A stretch of 64,000 nt of DNA from Mustelus asterias. Lineage: Eukaryota. Below are positions 50,061 to 61,332 of the stretch, one piece after another. Location: assembly GCF_964213995.1 (NCBI RefSeq), contig NW_027590882.1, positions 62,001 to 126,000 of the forward strand. Direction: 5' to 3'. The notes under the pieces are model-generated. The model was not told where the DNA came from. It saw nothing but the letters and a program-made list of their open reading frames with translations, and ran no database searches. Made by a program: the position numbers and the translations under genes. Numbering within the stretch: the stretch's first letter is position 1; the number at the start of each line of letters is the position of its first letter.

Positions 50061-52733
50061 TTGGAAACACTTTGTGGATCCGCAAACCCTTCAGAATCAT
50101 TGTCAGCTCCCTGGTTTGCAGCTGCGGGGCTTCTCCCTCCCTCCCTCCCGGGAACAGGCCCAGGTTAACGGCCCCATCCTGGCTCAGCCACTGGAGGATG
50201 GTTCACATCAGAGGATGGGGGAGGGGGACAATAAATAAGAGGTTACACTTTGGCCTCAAATCAATGAGGACTCTGATCTCTGGGAAGGAAGGAAACCCTG
50301 GGAGGTGGGCGGGGAGGATTCACAAACACCCGCTGGAGGCCCCAACACCCCCAGTAAAAAGCTGCAGCTCCCTGCAGTGACCAGGAGAGAAAATAATTGA
50401 TTTTATTTTCACTCTGTACAAAAGAGAACTGAACCCATCCAGAATAGAGAGTGGGAGAAAAGATTTGTGAAGATATTTCACACTGGGTTTGCCAGGCTGA
50501 CCAACTCTCTGAGAAAATGAAAGGACATCCTTCATGAGTCTGTCGGAGCAGGTGAGCAGTATTGTGTGCGGTGCTGTTGGAACTGTGTGGGTGGACAGGG
50601 GCTGGTTGGCAGGCAGAACAGCTGGAAGAGGGTGCTGCACACATCCATCTTATGGGTGAAACAGCGCCCATACACCATGCAGCCTGGCACAGTGGAGTCA
50701 AACACGGGACAATCCATTGAAATATGAGCTGGTTGGTCAGTGTGGGAGTTGGTTGCAGGACAGGGAGGAGGGAAAGTGTTCAGGATGAGGATTTACTGCT
50801 GCACAGGAACAAGTGAGGAAACGATGTTCCACAGAACATAGTTTCAAATTCCAGCATCCGCAGTAATTTGCTTTGATTCCAAATAAACTTATTGGACTTT
50901 AACCTGGTGTTCTGAGACTTCTTACTGTGCAAACTCCAGAGAGACAGTCACCCACCGCTGGAATCGAACCCAGACTCAGTGAGGCAGCAGTGCTAACCAC
51001 TGTGCCACAGTGAAGGGAGTTTGCCGCAAATTTCGGGTGATAACAATGGGCTGGATGTTGCTCAGAATGTGGAGCACTGCAGCAAAGTACAGAGAGACAG
51101 AGACAGAGCAGCAAACTGGACTGAGAAATGGAGTCTGCAGACTGGAACTGGCAGCATGAGGAGAGGTTATTTAGTCTAACACTCACAGCAATCTACAACC
51201 CACCCCCATTACCGAGACAGTGAGACAGAGATTACAAACACTCACCAACACAGCTCCACTGAAACGTCCCAGGAAAAAGGGGGAATCTGTGGCAGTTCCT
51301 GTCCTGAAATAGCCCCAGGACTGTCACTCAAATCCCCAACCCGGCCCAGTTCACAGCTCAGCCTCTCAGCTTGCAGCTTCCTGCACCTTGAGCCAACCCT
51401 GTCCAGGTGTGGGAGGGATGTGGAACCCCAGAGTGGGGGGAGGGGTGACCTCCTGCTGTGTCCCAAATAGTTTCTCCTTCCCCTCCCCCTTGGCGCTCGA
51501 AGGTCTCAATGTGGATGTGTTGATGGACATTGCAGAGCCTAACTGAGCTGCGCCTGTCCCTTATCCTGGGTCAACCCCTCCCCTTGGGTTCAGTGTGTTC
51601 AGTTCGCTGCTTCTTTCCCTGCTGAACCTTCAGTTAATCAAAAACAGAAAGTGCTGGAAAACTTCAGCAGGTCTGATCGCATCTGTGATCATCCAGACTG
51701 GAAGCATGAACTCCATTCTCTCTCCACAGATGCTGTCAAACCTGCTTTGATTTTCCAGCATTTTCTGTTTCAGATTCCAGCATCCGCAGTGTTTTGCTTT
51801 TATCTTCATTTAAACAAGTATTCTTTGACGGCCTTTACCCTCCGTGCTCCTTTCCAGAGCTTCCCACCTTCTGCTATTGTCCCTGACTCCCACATTAACT
51901 GTCATTCCTTCCCTTTATCCCGCTCACATCCCGCTCGAAACTCAGGCTCAGAGTTTTGCCGCCATCTCCCCCTCCCCCAGCCTCCACATCCCAACACCCG
52001 GAATCTCTAACCCAGCGGTTCCAGTTTGTCTGGTTTGAGTTCAGATTTGCCGCAGCACCGACAGGATTTCACTTCAAACCAGCCGGAACTGACTGCTCAC
52101 AAATCCCCAAATGTTTCTCCAGCAGCCCGGGCTTGTTAATGTTGTTTAAAGTCAGCGCTCAAATGCAGTTACTATCCTCAGTTTAAAAAACTTCTCCGTT
52201 TAATCCAAAGTATTATTCGCACCAGACATAAACACAAAATTGTGAACGTTACCCACCGCCCCCCCCCCGCCCCCAACTCCCCCCTCCCCCCCGCCCCCCG
52301 CAACCAGACCCGAGCTGGGGTGTCCCGAGGAAGAGACATCTGTTTCGGGTGTGACAATTCTTACACATTCTCTGGTTGACATAAAACGGAAAACGCTGGA
52401 AATTGCCCCCATTACCGAGACAGTGAGACAGAGATTACAAACACTCTTTTTTAATTTCAAAAATATACTTTATTCACAAAAAAAAACTCTCCAATAAAAC
52501 ATTGCAAAATGACAGATCCAAAAGTCATAAACAGTGCAAAAAAGAATCATTTTTACAGGACAATACAGTGCTTATTTACAAAAACATTACATTTCGTTAC
52601 ATTTCATTTCTTAAAACTATGTACATACATCAGAGTTTACTGTGTGCCGTTATTTTTCAGTTCAGCACACAGTTACGCAGGCCGAGGGTATTCTGCAGTT
52701 ACTGGGCCCTCGGTCTGCCTCGGTTGAAAGGCT

Positions 52734-55700
52734 TTACACGGTGGCCTTTCCCCATTGTGCCTTGGTGGCGGCTGCCCCAAGCTTGAGCGCGTCCCTGAGC
52801 ACGTAGTCCTGGACCTTGGAATGTGCCAGTCTGCAACACTCGGTCGAGGACAATTCTTTCAGCTGGAAGATCAGCAAGTTTCGGGCGGACCAAAGTGCGT
52901 CCTTCACCGAGTTGATGACCCTCCAGCAGCAGTTGATATTTGTCTCGGTGTGCGTCCCCGGAAACAGTCCGTAGAGCACAGAGTCCTGTGTCACCGAGCT
53001 GCTCGGGACGAACCGCGACAAATACCACTGCATCTCACTCCAGACCTTCTTTGCAAAGGCACATTCCACAAGGAGGTGTGCGACCGTCTCATCAGCCCCG
53101 CATTCGCTTCGAGGGCAGAGTGCGGTGAGGTTGAGACCCCGGGCGTGCATAAAGGATCTGACGGGGAGTGCCCTTCTCACCACCAGCCAAGCCAGGTCTT
53201 GGTGCTTGTTTGTGAGTTCTGGTGATGAGGCATTCTGCCAAATGACATTGACAGTCCGCTCAGGGAACCATCCGACAGGATCTGCCGTCTCCTTTTCTCT
53301 CAGGGCCTCAAGGACATTACGTGCTGACCACTGCTTGATAGCCATGTGGTCAAAGGTGTGTTTCCGGAAGAATTTCTCCACGAAGGACAGGTGCTGTGGT
53401 ACGGTCCAACTACTTGGAGCGTTCCGCGGCAATGTGGCCAGACCCATCCTCCGCAACACTTGGGACAGGTAGAACCTCAAAAAATAGTGGCACTTGCTGT
53501 TACTGTACCGAGGATCTACACACAGCTTGATGCAGCCGCACACAAAGGTGGCCATCAGGATGAGGGCGGCGTTGGGAACGTTTTTCCCTCCATTCTCTGG
53601 AGATTTGTGCATCGCCTCCCTCCGGACACGATCCATCTTTGATCTCCAGATGAACTTGAAGATGGCCCGGGTCACTGCTGCTGCGCAGGACTTGGGGAGA
53701 GGCCACACCTGCGCCACGTACAACAACACGGACAGAACCTCGCATCGGATCACAAGGTTCTTCCCAGTGATGGAGAGGGAGCGTTGCTCCCACAATCCCA
53801 ATTTTTGTCTGGCTTTGGCGATGCGCTCCTCCCAGTTTTTGGCGCATGCCCCTGCCGCTCCGAACCATATCCCCAGCACCTTGAGGTAGTCGGCCCTAAT
53901 GGTGAAGGGGACAAAGGATGTGTCAGGCCAGTTCCCAAAGAACATGGCCTCACTCTTACCCTGGTTGACTTTGGCCCCCGAGGCCAGCTCGAACTGCTCA
54001 CAGACTCGAAGAAGCCTGCGAGCAGACAAGGGGTCCGAGCAGAAAACAGCCACGTCATCCATGTAGAGGGAGGCTTTGACTTGCGTCCCTCCGCTGCCTG
54101 GGATTGTAACCCCTTTGATGCCTGGGTCGCTTCTGAGGGCCTCGGCAAGGGGTTCAATGCAACACACAAAAAGGATGGAGGAGAGAGAGCAGCCCTGCCT
54201 GACTCCAGACCTGATCTGAAACATATCTGATTCCCACCCATTGATTGAAACTGCGCTACTGATGTCTGTGTAGAGCAGTTGGATCCAATTGCAGATTCCC
54301 TCCCCAAATCCCATTTTGGAGAGCACATCCATCATGTAGCTGTGCGATATTCTGTCAAACGCCTTCTCCTGGTCTAGACTGATGAGGCAGGTGTCCACCT
54401 GCCTGTCCTGCACGTTCGGCGATCGTATCCCTGAGTAGCGCGAGGCTATCAGAGATCTTCCTGCCGGGTACAGCACAGGTTTGATCAGGATGGATCACTG
54501 ACCCCAGAGCAGACTTGACCCGGTTGGCGATGACCTTGGCCAGAATCTTGTAATCCACATTCAATAGTGAAATAGGTCTCCAATTTCTAATTTCTTCCCT
54601 TTCCCCCTTCTGCTTGTAGATGAGGGTAATGATGCCTTTCCTCGTGGATTCTGACATGCTGCCTTCCAGAAGCATACTCTCGTATACTTCCAGGAGGTCC
54701 GGGCCCGTCAAGTCCCACAACGCCGAGTAAAACTCAGCCGGTAAGCCGTCGCTTCCGGAAGTTTTACCCTTCTGAAGGGACTCGACTGCCTTTTTCAGCT
54801 CATCCAGAGCTACCGGTCTGTCCAGGCTCTCCCGCTCGCCGTCGTCCAAGACTTGCGTGATAGACGACAGGAAAGACTGGGAGGCCGTGCTGTCTGTTGG
54901 CTTCAGGTCATACAGTCCGGCATAGAAGGATTTGCAAATCCTCAGGATGTCAGACTGCGATGACCCTACAGAGCCATCTTCTTCCTTCAGGCTTGTGATC
55001 ACAGAGGTTTCTCTGTGCACCTTCTGGAAGAAGAAACGCGAGCACGTTTCGTCCTGCTCCACGGAGCGGACCCTGGACCGGAAGATAACCTTGGAGGCCT
55101 CCGAGGCAAAGAGCGAGGCTTGCTGGCTCTTCACCTCCCGGAGGTCCTCCTTGACATCAACCCCCACCGACTGCAGTTGGAGTAGCTCCTGCATGCTTTT
55201 CTGGAGTCGGGACATTTCCCCCCGTCTCTCCCTGGCCTTCTGAACCCCTTTTTGGATAAAGAATCTCTTGATGTTGCCCTTGATGGTTTCCCACCAGAGC
55301 GATGGAGACTCAAAGAAGGGTTTCACAGTTCTCCAACCGTGGTAAACTCTTTTGAGTTCCTAGAGGTTCTCTGGGGTCAATAGTTCTACATTAAGCTTCC
55401 AGGACCCCCTGCCCACTTTCTGGTTTTCCTCCAGCTGACAGTCTGCCAGCAGGAGGCAGTGGTCAGAGAAGAACACCGGCTTGACGTCGGTGGACCTGAC
55501 CGTGAGCACACGGGATGCAAACATGAAGTCGATCCTGGAGCGGACAGACTCATCTGGCCACGACCACGTGTATCTACGCTGCCCTCCGTCTGCTGGGTTG
55601 CTGAAGACGTCGAGCAACTTGGCATCTTTGACTGTTTCCAGCAGGGCTCTGGATGTAGCGTCCAGTTTACTCTCGGCCCTGTTGGACCGGCCGGCCTTGT

Positions 55701-56142
55701 CAATGATACAGTTAAAGTCCCCACCCAGTATGATTGGCCTGGAGGTGGTGAGTATCAGTGGCAGCTGTTCGAAGAGTGCCAGCCGCTCGGTCTTGACGGC
55801 AGGGGCATACACATTAATCAGCCTGAGAGGGCAGTTTTTGTACGTGACATCTGCTACGAGGAGGCATCCTCCCACCACCTCCTTAACTTCGGAGACGGTG
55901 AAGTTGCCCCCTCGCAGCAGAATGCCTAGGCCGGATGAACGGCAGTCGTTCCCACCTGACCAGATGGACGGTCCGTGGGACCACACACTCGACCAGCACC
56001 TGTAGTTGCTGAGGTGTGGTATTCCACACTCCTGCAGGAACAGCAGGTCGGCCTTGACCTTGGCCAGGTAGGACAAGCTGGCCGCACATCTCAGATTATC
56101 TTTGACGCTGTGAACATTTAAAGATGCAAACTTTAAAGACAT
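52734..56142 (-). pseudogene. Tx1 ORF2 (APE endonuclease, RT, zf-RVT) with one nonsense codon (55360-55362) and one frameshift (about 54418)
   Basis: FLQE, NVYAP, GGDFN, SRID, FSDH; NWRPISLLNVDYKIL; LDQEKAFD, GVRQGC, LYMDD; C-terminal CPRSEC..ETVAHLLVEC. Confidence 0.93.
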
Positions 56143-56180
56143 TTTAATGTTTAAAAGGTTTGTCAGTTCTTACGTGTCCT

Positions 56181-57560
56181 TCAGTCAGCCTCCTCCAGGT
56201 GCTGCATTCCTGTGGCGCTGACGAAATTCTGCAGGGCTGCAGGGCTGAGGTAGCAGTCCGACCCTGCCTCAGGGCCCCGACCACAACTGGGTGACATGGT
56301 CGGTGTCGTGTAGCCCTCGGTTGGTGCCGGGCTTGCGGGCTGATCTCCGCTCTTGGCGTTGTCGGTGTCCTCGTTCCTGTTGTCCGGGGTTTCGGGGGCC
56401 TCGGCCGCACTGCTGTATCCGTCGGCTGGATGGTCCCTGGCTGCTTTGTGGTCGTTGGTCCGAGTCCGTTGTGGTTCCTGTGCCGCTTTTCTAATGCACC
56501 GTTTGAGGCTTCGTCGGCTGCCCGCTTTCTTTTCCTCGTCTGAGGAGACGTCGCCACTGGAGACTCTAGCTGCGCAGGATTTCCTTTTCTGGGTTCTTTT
56601 CTTTTTCTTTACCACCTGCCAGGGGCCCTCGGGATCTCCGATCTCGTGCTCCATGTCCTCTGCGCCCTCTGCTGGTGGTGGTGTGGATGTGTCATCATCC
56701 TGCTGCACTGGGAGGTCCACCTTTGCTTCAGAAGCTTTCTCCGTGCCAGCTTCTTTTGCGGTGGGCTTCCTGTTCCCTGAGGCGGCAGGAGCACTCGCCT
56801 TCCTCGCTCCGCCTCCGGTGATCTGGGCGTAAGTGACCTTCCGCTTGGGACAGACTCTGCAAACATGGCCAGCCTCCCCACACAGGTTGCAACATTTGCT
56901 GTCTTTGCACTCGTCGGTCGAGTGCCCCTCCTTCAGGCAGTTTCTGCATACGGTGACGCTGCAGCTCGCGGCAAAATGGCCGGTTTTGCCACAGTTGCGG
57001 CACAGTCGTGGCTGGCCCGTGTAGTACAGGAAGCCTCGATTCCCTCCGATGGCAAAATTGGAGGGCGGGTGCAGAAGGCCTCCCTTGGGGTCAGTCTTCA
57101 GGGTGACTCTCACCTGCCTTTTACAGGTCCATATTCCGTACTGGTCCATGACGTCCACGCTCTCTCCCTTCACCTCCACGTACCTGGAGAGGAACGTCAG
57201 CACGTCACCCGCAGGGACGTAGTGGTTATACATTTGGAATGTGATAACCCGGTTCTGCTGGGACGGCATGGTGAACAGGGGCTCCGCCGTCAGGATAGAG
57301 AGGGGCCCCTCTTTGCCTTTCTCCTTCATCGCTGTCAGGAGCTTGACGCATCCTGACAGGCTTCTGAAGCTGACATCCACGTACGGCTGGTTGCTGTACT
57401 CAGCCACACCGTAGACGTCTGCTGCTTGGAATCCGCAGCACTCGAACAATACCTTCTTCACGAGGTAATCGCGGCCCACAGGCGAGCCTCCTCCCGAAGG
57501 CTTCACCCGGATGGTGTTGGGCTGCCTTTGGCCTGTAGCTTTCGGAGCAGCTGCAGCCAT
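56181..57560 (-). CDS. Tx1 ORF1, gag-like protein with three CCHC zinc knuckles (ZCCHC3-like family)
   Basis: CRNCGKTGHFAASC, CRNCLKEGHSTDEC, CNLCGEAGHVCRVC; intact 459 aa. Confidence 0.92.
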   Translation of the reverse strand: MAAAAPKATGQRQPNTIRVKPSGGGSPVGRDYLVKKVLFECCGFQAADVYGVAEYSNQPYVDVSFRSLSGCVKLLTAMKEKGKEGPLSILTAEPLFTMPSQQNRVITFQMYNHYVPAGDVLTFLSRYVEVKGESVDVMDQYGIWTCKRQVRVTLKTDPKGGLLHPPSNFAIGGNRGFLYYTGQPRLCRNCGKTGHFAASCSVTVCRNCLKEGHSTDECKDSKCCNLCGEAGHVCRVCPKRKVTYAQITGGGARKASAPAASGNRKPTAKEAGTEKASEAKVDLPVQQDDDTSTPPPAEGAEDMEHEIGDPEGPWQVVKKKKRTQKRKSCAARVSSGDVSSDEEKKAGSRRSLKRCIRKAAQEPQRTRTNDHKAARDHPADGYSSAAEAPETPDNRNEDTDNAKSGDQPASPAPTEGYTTPTMSPSCGRGPEAGSDCYLSPAALQNFVSATGMQHLEEAD

Positions 57561-57797
57561 AGCTCGAAAACACTGAGTCTTACTGTACCGGCGTTAGGTC
57601 CAAGCCAATCCATACCTTTTATCATCCTAAGATTATCATCTTAATCTGATCTCCCATTATCCTTCTAAATTCCATAGAGTATAGGCCTGTTCAATATCTC
57701 TTCACACAACAAAGTCCTCATGTCTTTAATCAATCTGGTGAACCTCCTCTGAACTGCCTCCAATGCTGCTACATCTTTCCTATCTTGTAAGATAGAT

Positions 57798-58080
57798 TCC
57801 AAGATGGCGCCGGAGCGAGGCGACTTCTTGCAAGCTGTGCCCAGCATACCTTCTAATTCTATCTTTTACTCTCGTTCTATGCTTCTAAAATTTCATTCTA
57901 ACTCTTTTAAACTCTCTAACAATGCTTGAATGCAATTTCTTACACCCTAGCTATGACTGTAACACTACATTCTGCACTCTCTCCTTTCCTTCTCTATGAA
58001 CGGTATGCTTTGTCTGTATAGCGTGCAAGAAACAATACTTTTCACTGTAAATACATGTGACAATAAATCAAATCAAATCG
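57798..58080 (+). mobile_element. Bipartite non-autonomous element with Rex1-type tail (second copy)
   Basis: CAAGATGGCGCCGGAGCGAGGCGACT head joined to ACACCCTAGCTATGACTGTAACAC...GTGACAATAAATCAAATCAAATC. Confidence 0.7.
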
Positions 58081-58554
58081 ATAATGAGAGCTCATCTTTT
58101 CCTTCATCCCTGGAATCAATCTGGTAAATGGTCTCTCCCCAGTGTGAACTCACCGGTCTGTCAGCAGGTTGACCGTGCCCCCAAATAAAAGAGAATGTGG
58201 AACTTGGTACACAACAAGTGGTTGAGTTGAACAGCATGAATACATTGAAGGGGAAGCTAGATACATACATAAGGGAGAAAGAAATAGAAGGATATGCTGA
58301 AGGGGGGGCGGGGGGGGCGGGGAGATGAAGAACAGTGGGTGGAGGCTCATGTGGAGCATAAATACTGACACAGACCGATTGAGCCGACTGGCCCAGCCCT
58401 GTGCTGTAGACTCACTGGAACAGAGACTAATGTATTTATTTGAGATCTGACTGCAGTGGTAGATGCAGAATCTATCAGATAAATTCAGGCCAGACTTAAG
58501 GATCATGGTGTTGTGATCTCAGTGAAAACAGTGTGGAGCAGCCACAGTATCTCG

Positions 58555-59010
58555 GTTACGATGAACATTCATCTTCTGAAAGCCCTTGTGTTGCCGTGAC
58601 AATGTGTGTCTGTGAAAGCTGGACTATCAATAAGAGTGACGAGGATCCAATAAAAGTGTTTGAAATGAAAGGACTCAGACGGATATTCCGTGTGTCACGG
58701 ACGGCAAAGTGGATGAATGAGTGGGTGCTGGAGAAAGCTGGTGTTCACCGGAACCTGTCTGAGGCTCTCACATCCCGGAAGCTCACCTATTTTGGACATG
58801 TGTTGTGAATAGGGAGGGAGTGTTTGGAAAAAGAGGTAATGCGAGACAAAACACCTGGAAAATGTGTTCAAGGAAGGCCCGAGACAGGTGGATAATATCG
58901 GAATGTGGACCGGCCTCTCGATGGGACAGGCAGTGAGAGCAGCTGAGAAATCAGTGGAGAAAGATTGTTCAGAGTGCGGCCAACCCTCAGAACGAGGACG
59001 GATAAAAGAC
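58555..59010 (+). mobile_element. RTE-clade LINE 3' fragment
   Basis: CESWTI...IKVFEMKGLRRIFRVS...NEWVL...RKLTYFGHV. Confidence 0.8.
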
Positions 59011-59511
59011 AAGACATCTGTAGTGGTAGGAAAAAGACTATTTATTATCCAGGATAAAATTAATGTACTCTATAGAAACTAGGAGTAGGCCATTCGAGTC
59101 TGCTCCACCATTCAATATGATCATGGCTGATCCTCGATCTCAATGCCATATTCTCCCCATACCACCTGAAGCCGTTAAAATCTAAAACAAAAATTATCTC
59201 TTCCTTGAATATATTCAGTGATTGGGATTCCACAGCCTTCTGTGGTGGAGAATTCCACAAGTTCACTACCCTTTGAGTTAAGATTTTTTTCCTCATCTCA
59301 GTCTCATCTGACATCTGCTTTTGTGGATCATTTCAGTGGAAATGTGCCCTCGCTCAAAGAGCATCAGCCACTGGAATGAACATTGAGAGACCGGCCAGTC
59401 CAACAGCAAGAAACCCTCTGACCCCCACACTTCACCAACTGTCAGAATGAACATGGTTCAGTCCTGGATGTGATCAACAGCAGCAATAACAACAGAATCC
59501 AACCCCTGTCA

Positions 59512-59817
<306 letters not shown>

Positions 59818-59849
59818 TCATTTAAAAATAAAGCTCGAAGACAAAGATG

Positions 59850-60770
59850 CTTGCCACTTGAACACACCACCCTGACTTCCTGTCCACATTTCCATCCTTG
59901 GCCTTTTGCATTGTTCAAGTGAACCCCAAAGCAAACCAAAAGGACACTACCTCATCTTCTGAATGGGCACTTTACAACCTTCCGAATTGAATATTGAGTG
60001 AACAACTTTAGAGCGTGAACTCTCCCCTCCACCATCACCAAATTTCCATTAGTTTTATTTAATTTTGTGTCATCTTTTCATCTCACTCATCCATTTATAT
60101 CATTCTTCTTTCTCTCTTCCATTTTTTCACTTCCCTATTCCCGCTCTCCTTCTTGTGCCTCCCCCCTCCAGGCCAACTGCCTTAACCATCTACACCTCTG
60201 TCCTGCTATTCAAAATATTTTGATCTCTTAATGGACAGTGCTAACCACTGTGGCACCGTGGCCGGCACAGTGGTTAGCACTGCTGTCTCACAGCGCCAGG
60301 GACCTGGGTTCGATTCCCAGCTTGGGTCACTGTCTGTGCGGAGTTTGCACATTCTCCCCATGTCTGTGTGGGTTTCCTCCCACAGTCCAAAGATGTGCAG
60401 GTTAGGTGGATTGGCCATGCTAAATTGCCCCTTAGTGTTAGGGGGACTAGCTTGGTAAGTGCATGGGGTTATGGGGATAGGGCCTGGGTGGGATTGTGGT
60501 TGGTGCAGACTCGATGGGCCAAATGACCGCCTTCTGCACTGTAGGATTCTATGATTCTCTGATATTTAGCAACTTCTCAGCCGCCTTTATCCTCATTTCC
60601 ATTCCCTTTGTCCCATTCCACTCCCCCTCCTCATAGTATGAATCTTTTCTGATTCTCTTTCCCCTTAGCTGTGACGAAGGGTCATCCAGACTGGAAACAT
60701 TGGCTCTATTCTGATTCTCTCCCCACAGAAGCTGTCAGACCTGCGGGGTTGTCCAGCATTGTCTGGTTCA
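59850..60770 (+). mobile_element. Decayed Penelope-like element (family B) 3' end, interrupted by a SINE
   Basis: GIY-YIG C-terminal remnant ISILGLLHC...LIF*MGTLQPSELNIE; terminus with GTGACGAAGGGTC...GACTGGAAAC. Confidence 0.7.
60254..60560 (+). mobile_element. HE1-like V-SINE
   Basis: Matches 14383-14732. Confidence 0.9.
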
Positions 60771-61085
60771 GCTCCGCCCACTGACCGCGCATGCGCCCTG
60801 CTCCCCACGGAACAAAGATGGCGACCGGTGCACTGGGCCTGATCCTAGATAAAATCCCCGCAAACCCGGGACCCGCAGGCTCTTATTCGGCCCTTGCGTT
60901 CTACAGCGGGTGTTTGTGAAGCCTCCGCTCCCTCCCCACCCCGACTCCCGGCTCAATTCCTCCCTCCACCTCACCGACTCTCACCCGCTAAAAAAATAGC
61001 ATCTCCCTCACTCGCAGGGCTCCGAGCAAAGTGACACAACGCATGCGCCAGAGACAGCACCGCGCCGGCGTACTGGCCTCCTGTG
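60770..61085. promoter_or_regulatory. CpG-rich promoter-like region upstream of the minus-strand ZNF remnant
   Basis: GCGCATGCGC (NRF1-like) at about 60786, CGCATGCGC at about 61040, YY1-like AAGATGGCG at about 60814. Confidence 0.5.
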
Positions 61086-61332
61086 GAGTGAATAGGGCAC
61101 TTTCACACCCGCAGCGAATGCTGGGTGATAACTGCACCATTGAAATCTCAAAGAGTTAATACAAAATAAAATTGTTAACATTTGAGATAAATTAACAAAA
61201 TATTGTGAATTGGTGATCTGCTGTACTCCATTTCTGAAAGTTCTGCTGTGGATCCCACACAGAGATATCAAAGCTTTTATACCGTTTCTCCTCTCCTTCC
61301 TTGATGGTGCTGATTCTGGCTGGGTTCAATCG

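Larger units (their letters stand above)
52447..57640 (-). mobile_element. Near full-length Tx1-clade non-LTR retrotransposon
   Basis: ORF1 (56181-57560) plus ORF2 (56142-52734) and an A-rich 3' end. Confidence 0.95.

Noticed and set aside
56181-57560. Host ZCCHC3 gene
   Set aside because: It sits directly upstream of an EN-RT ORF2 inside a retrotransposon, so it is element ORF1.
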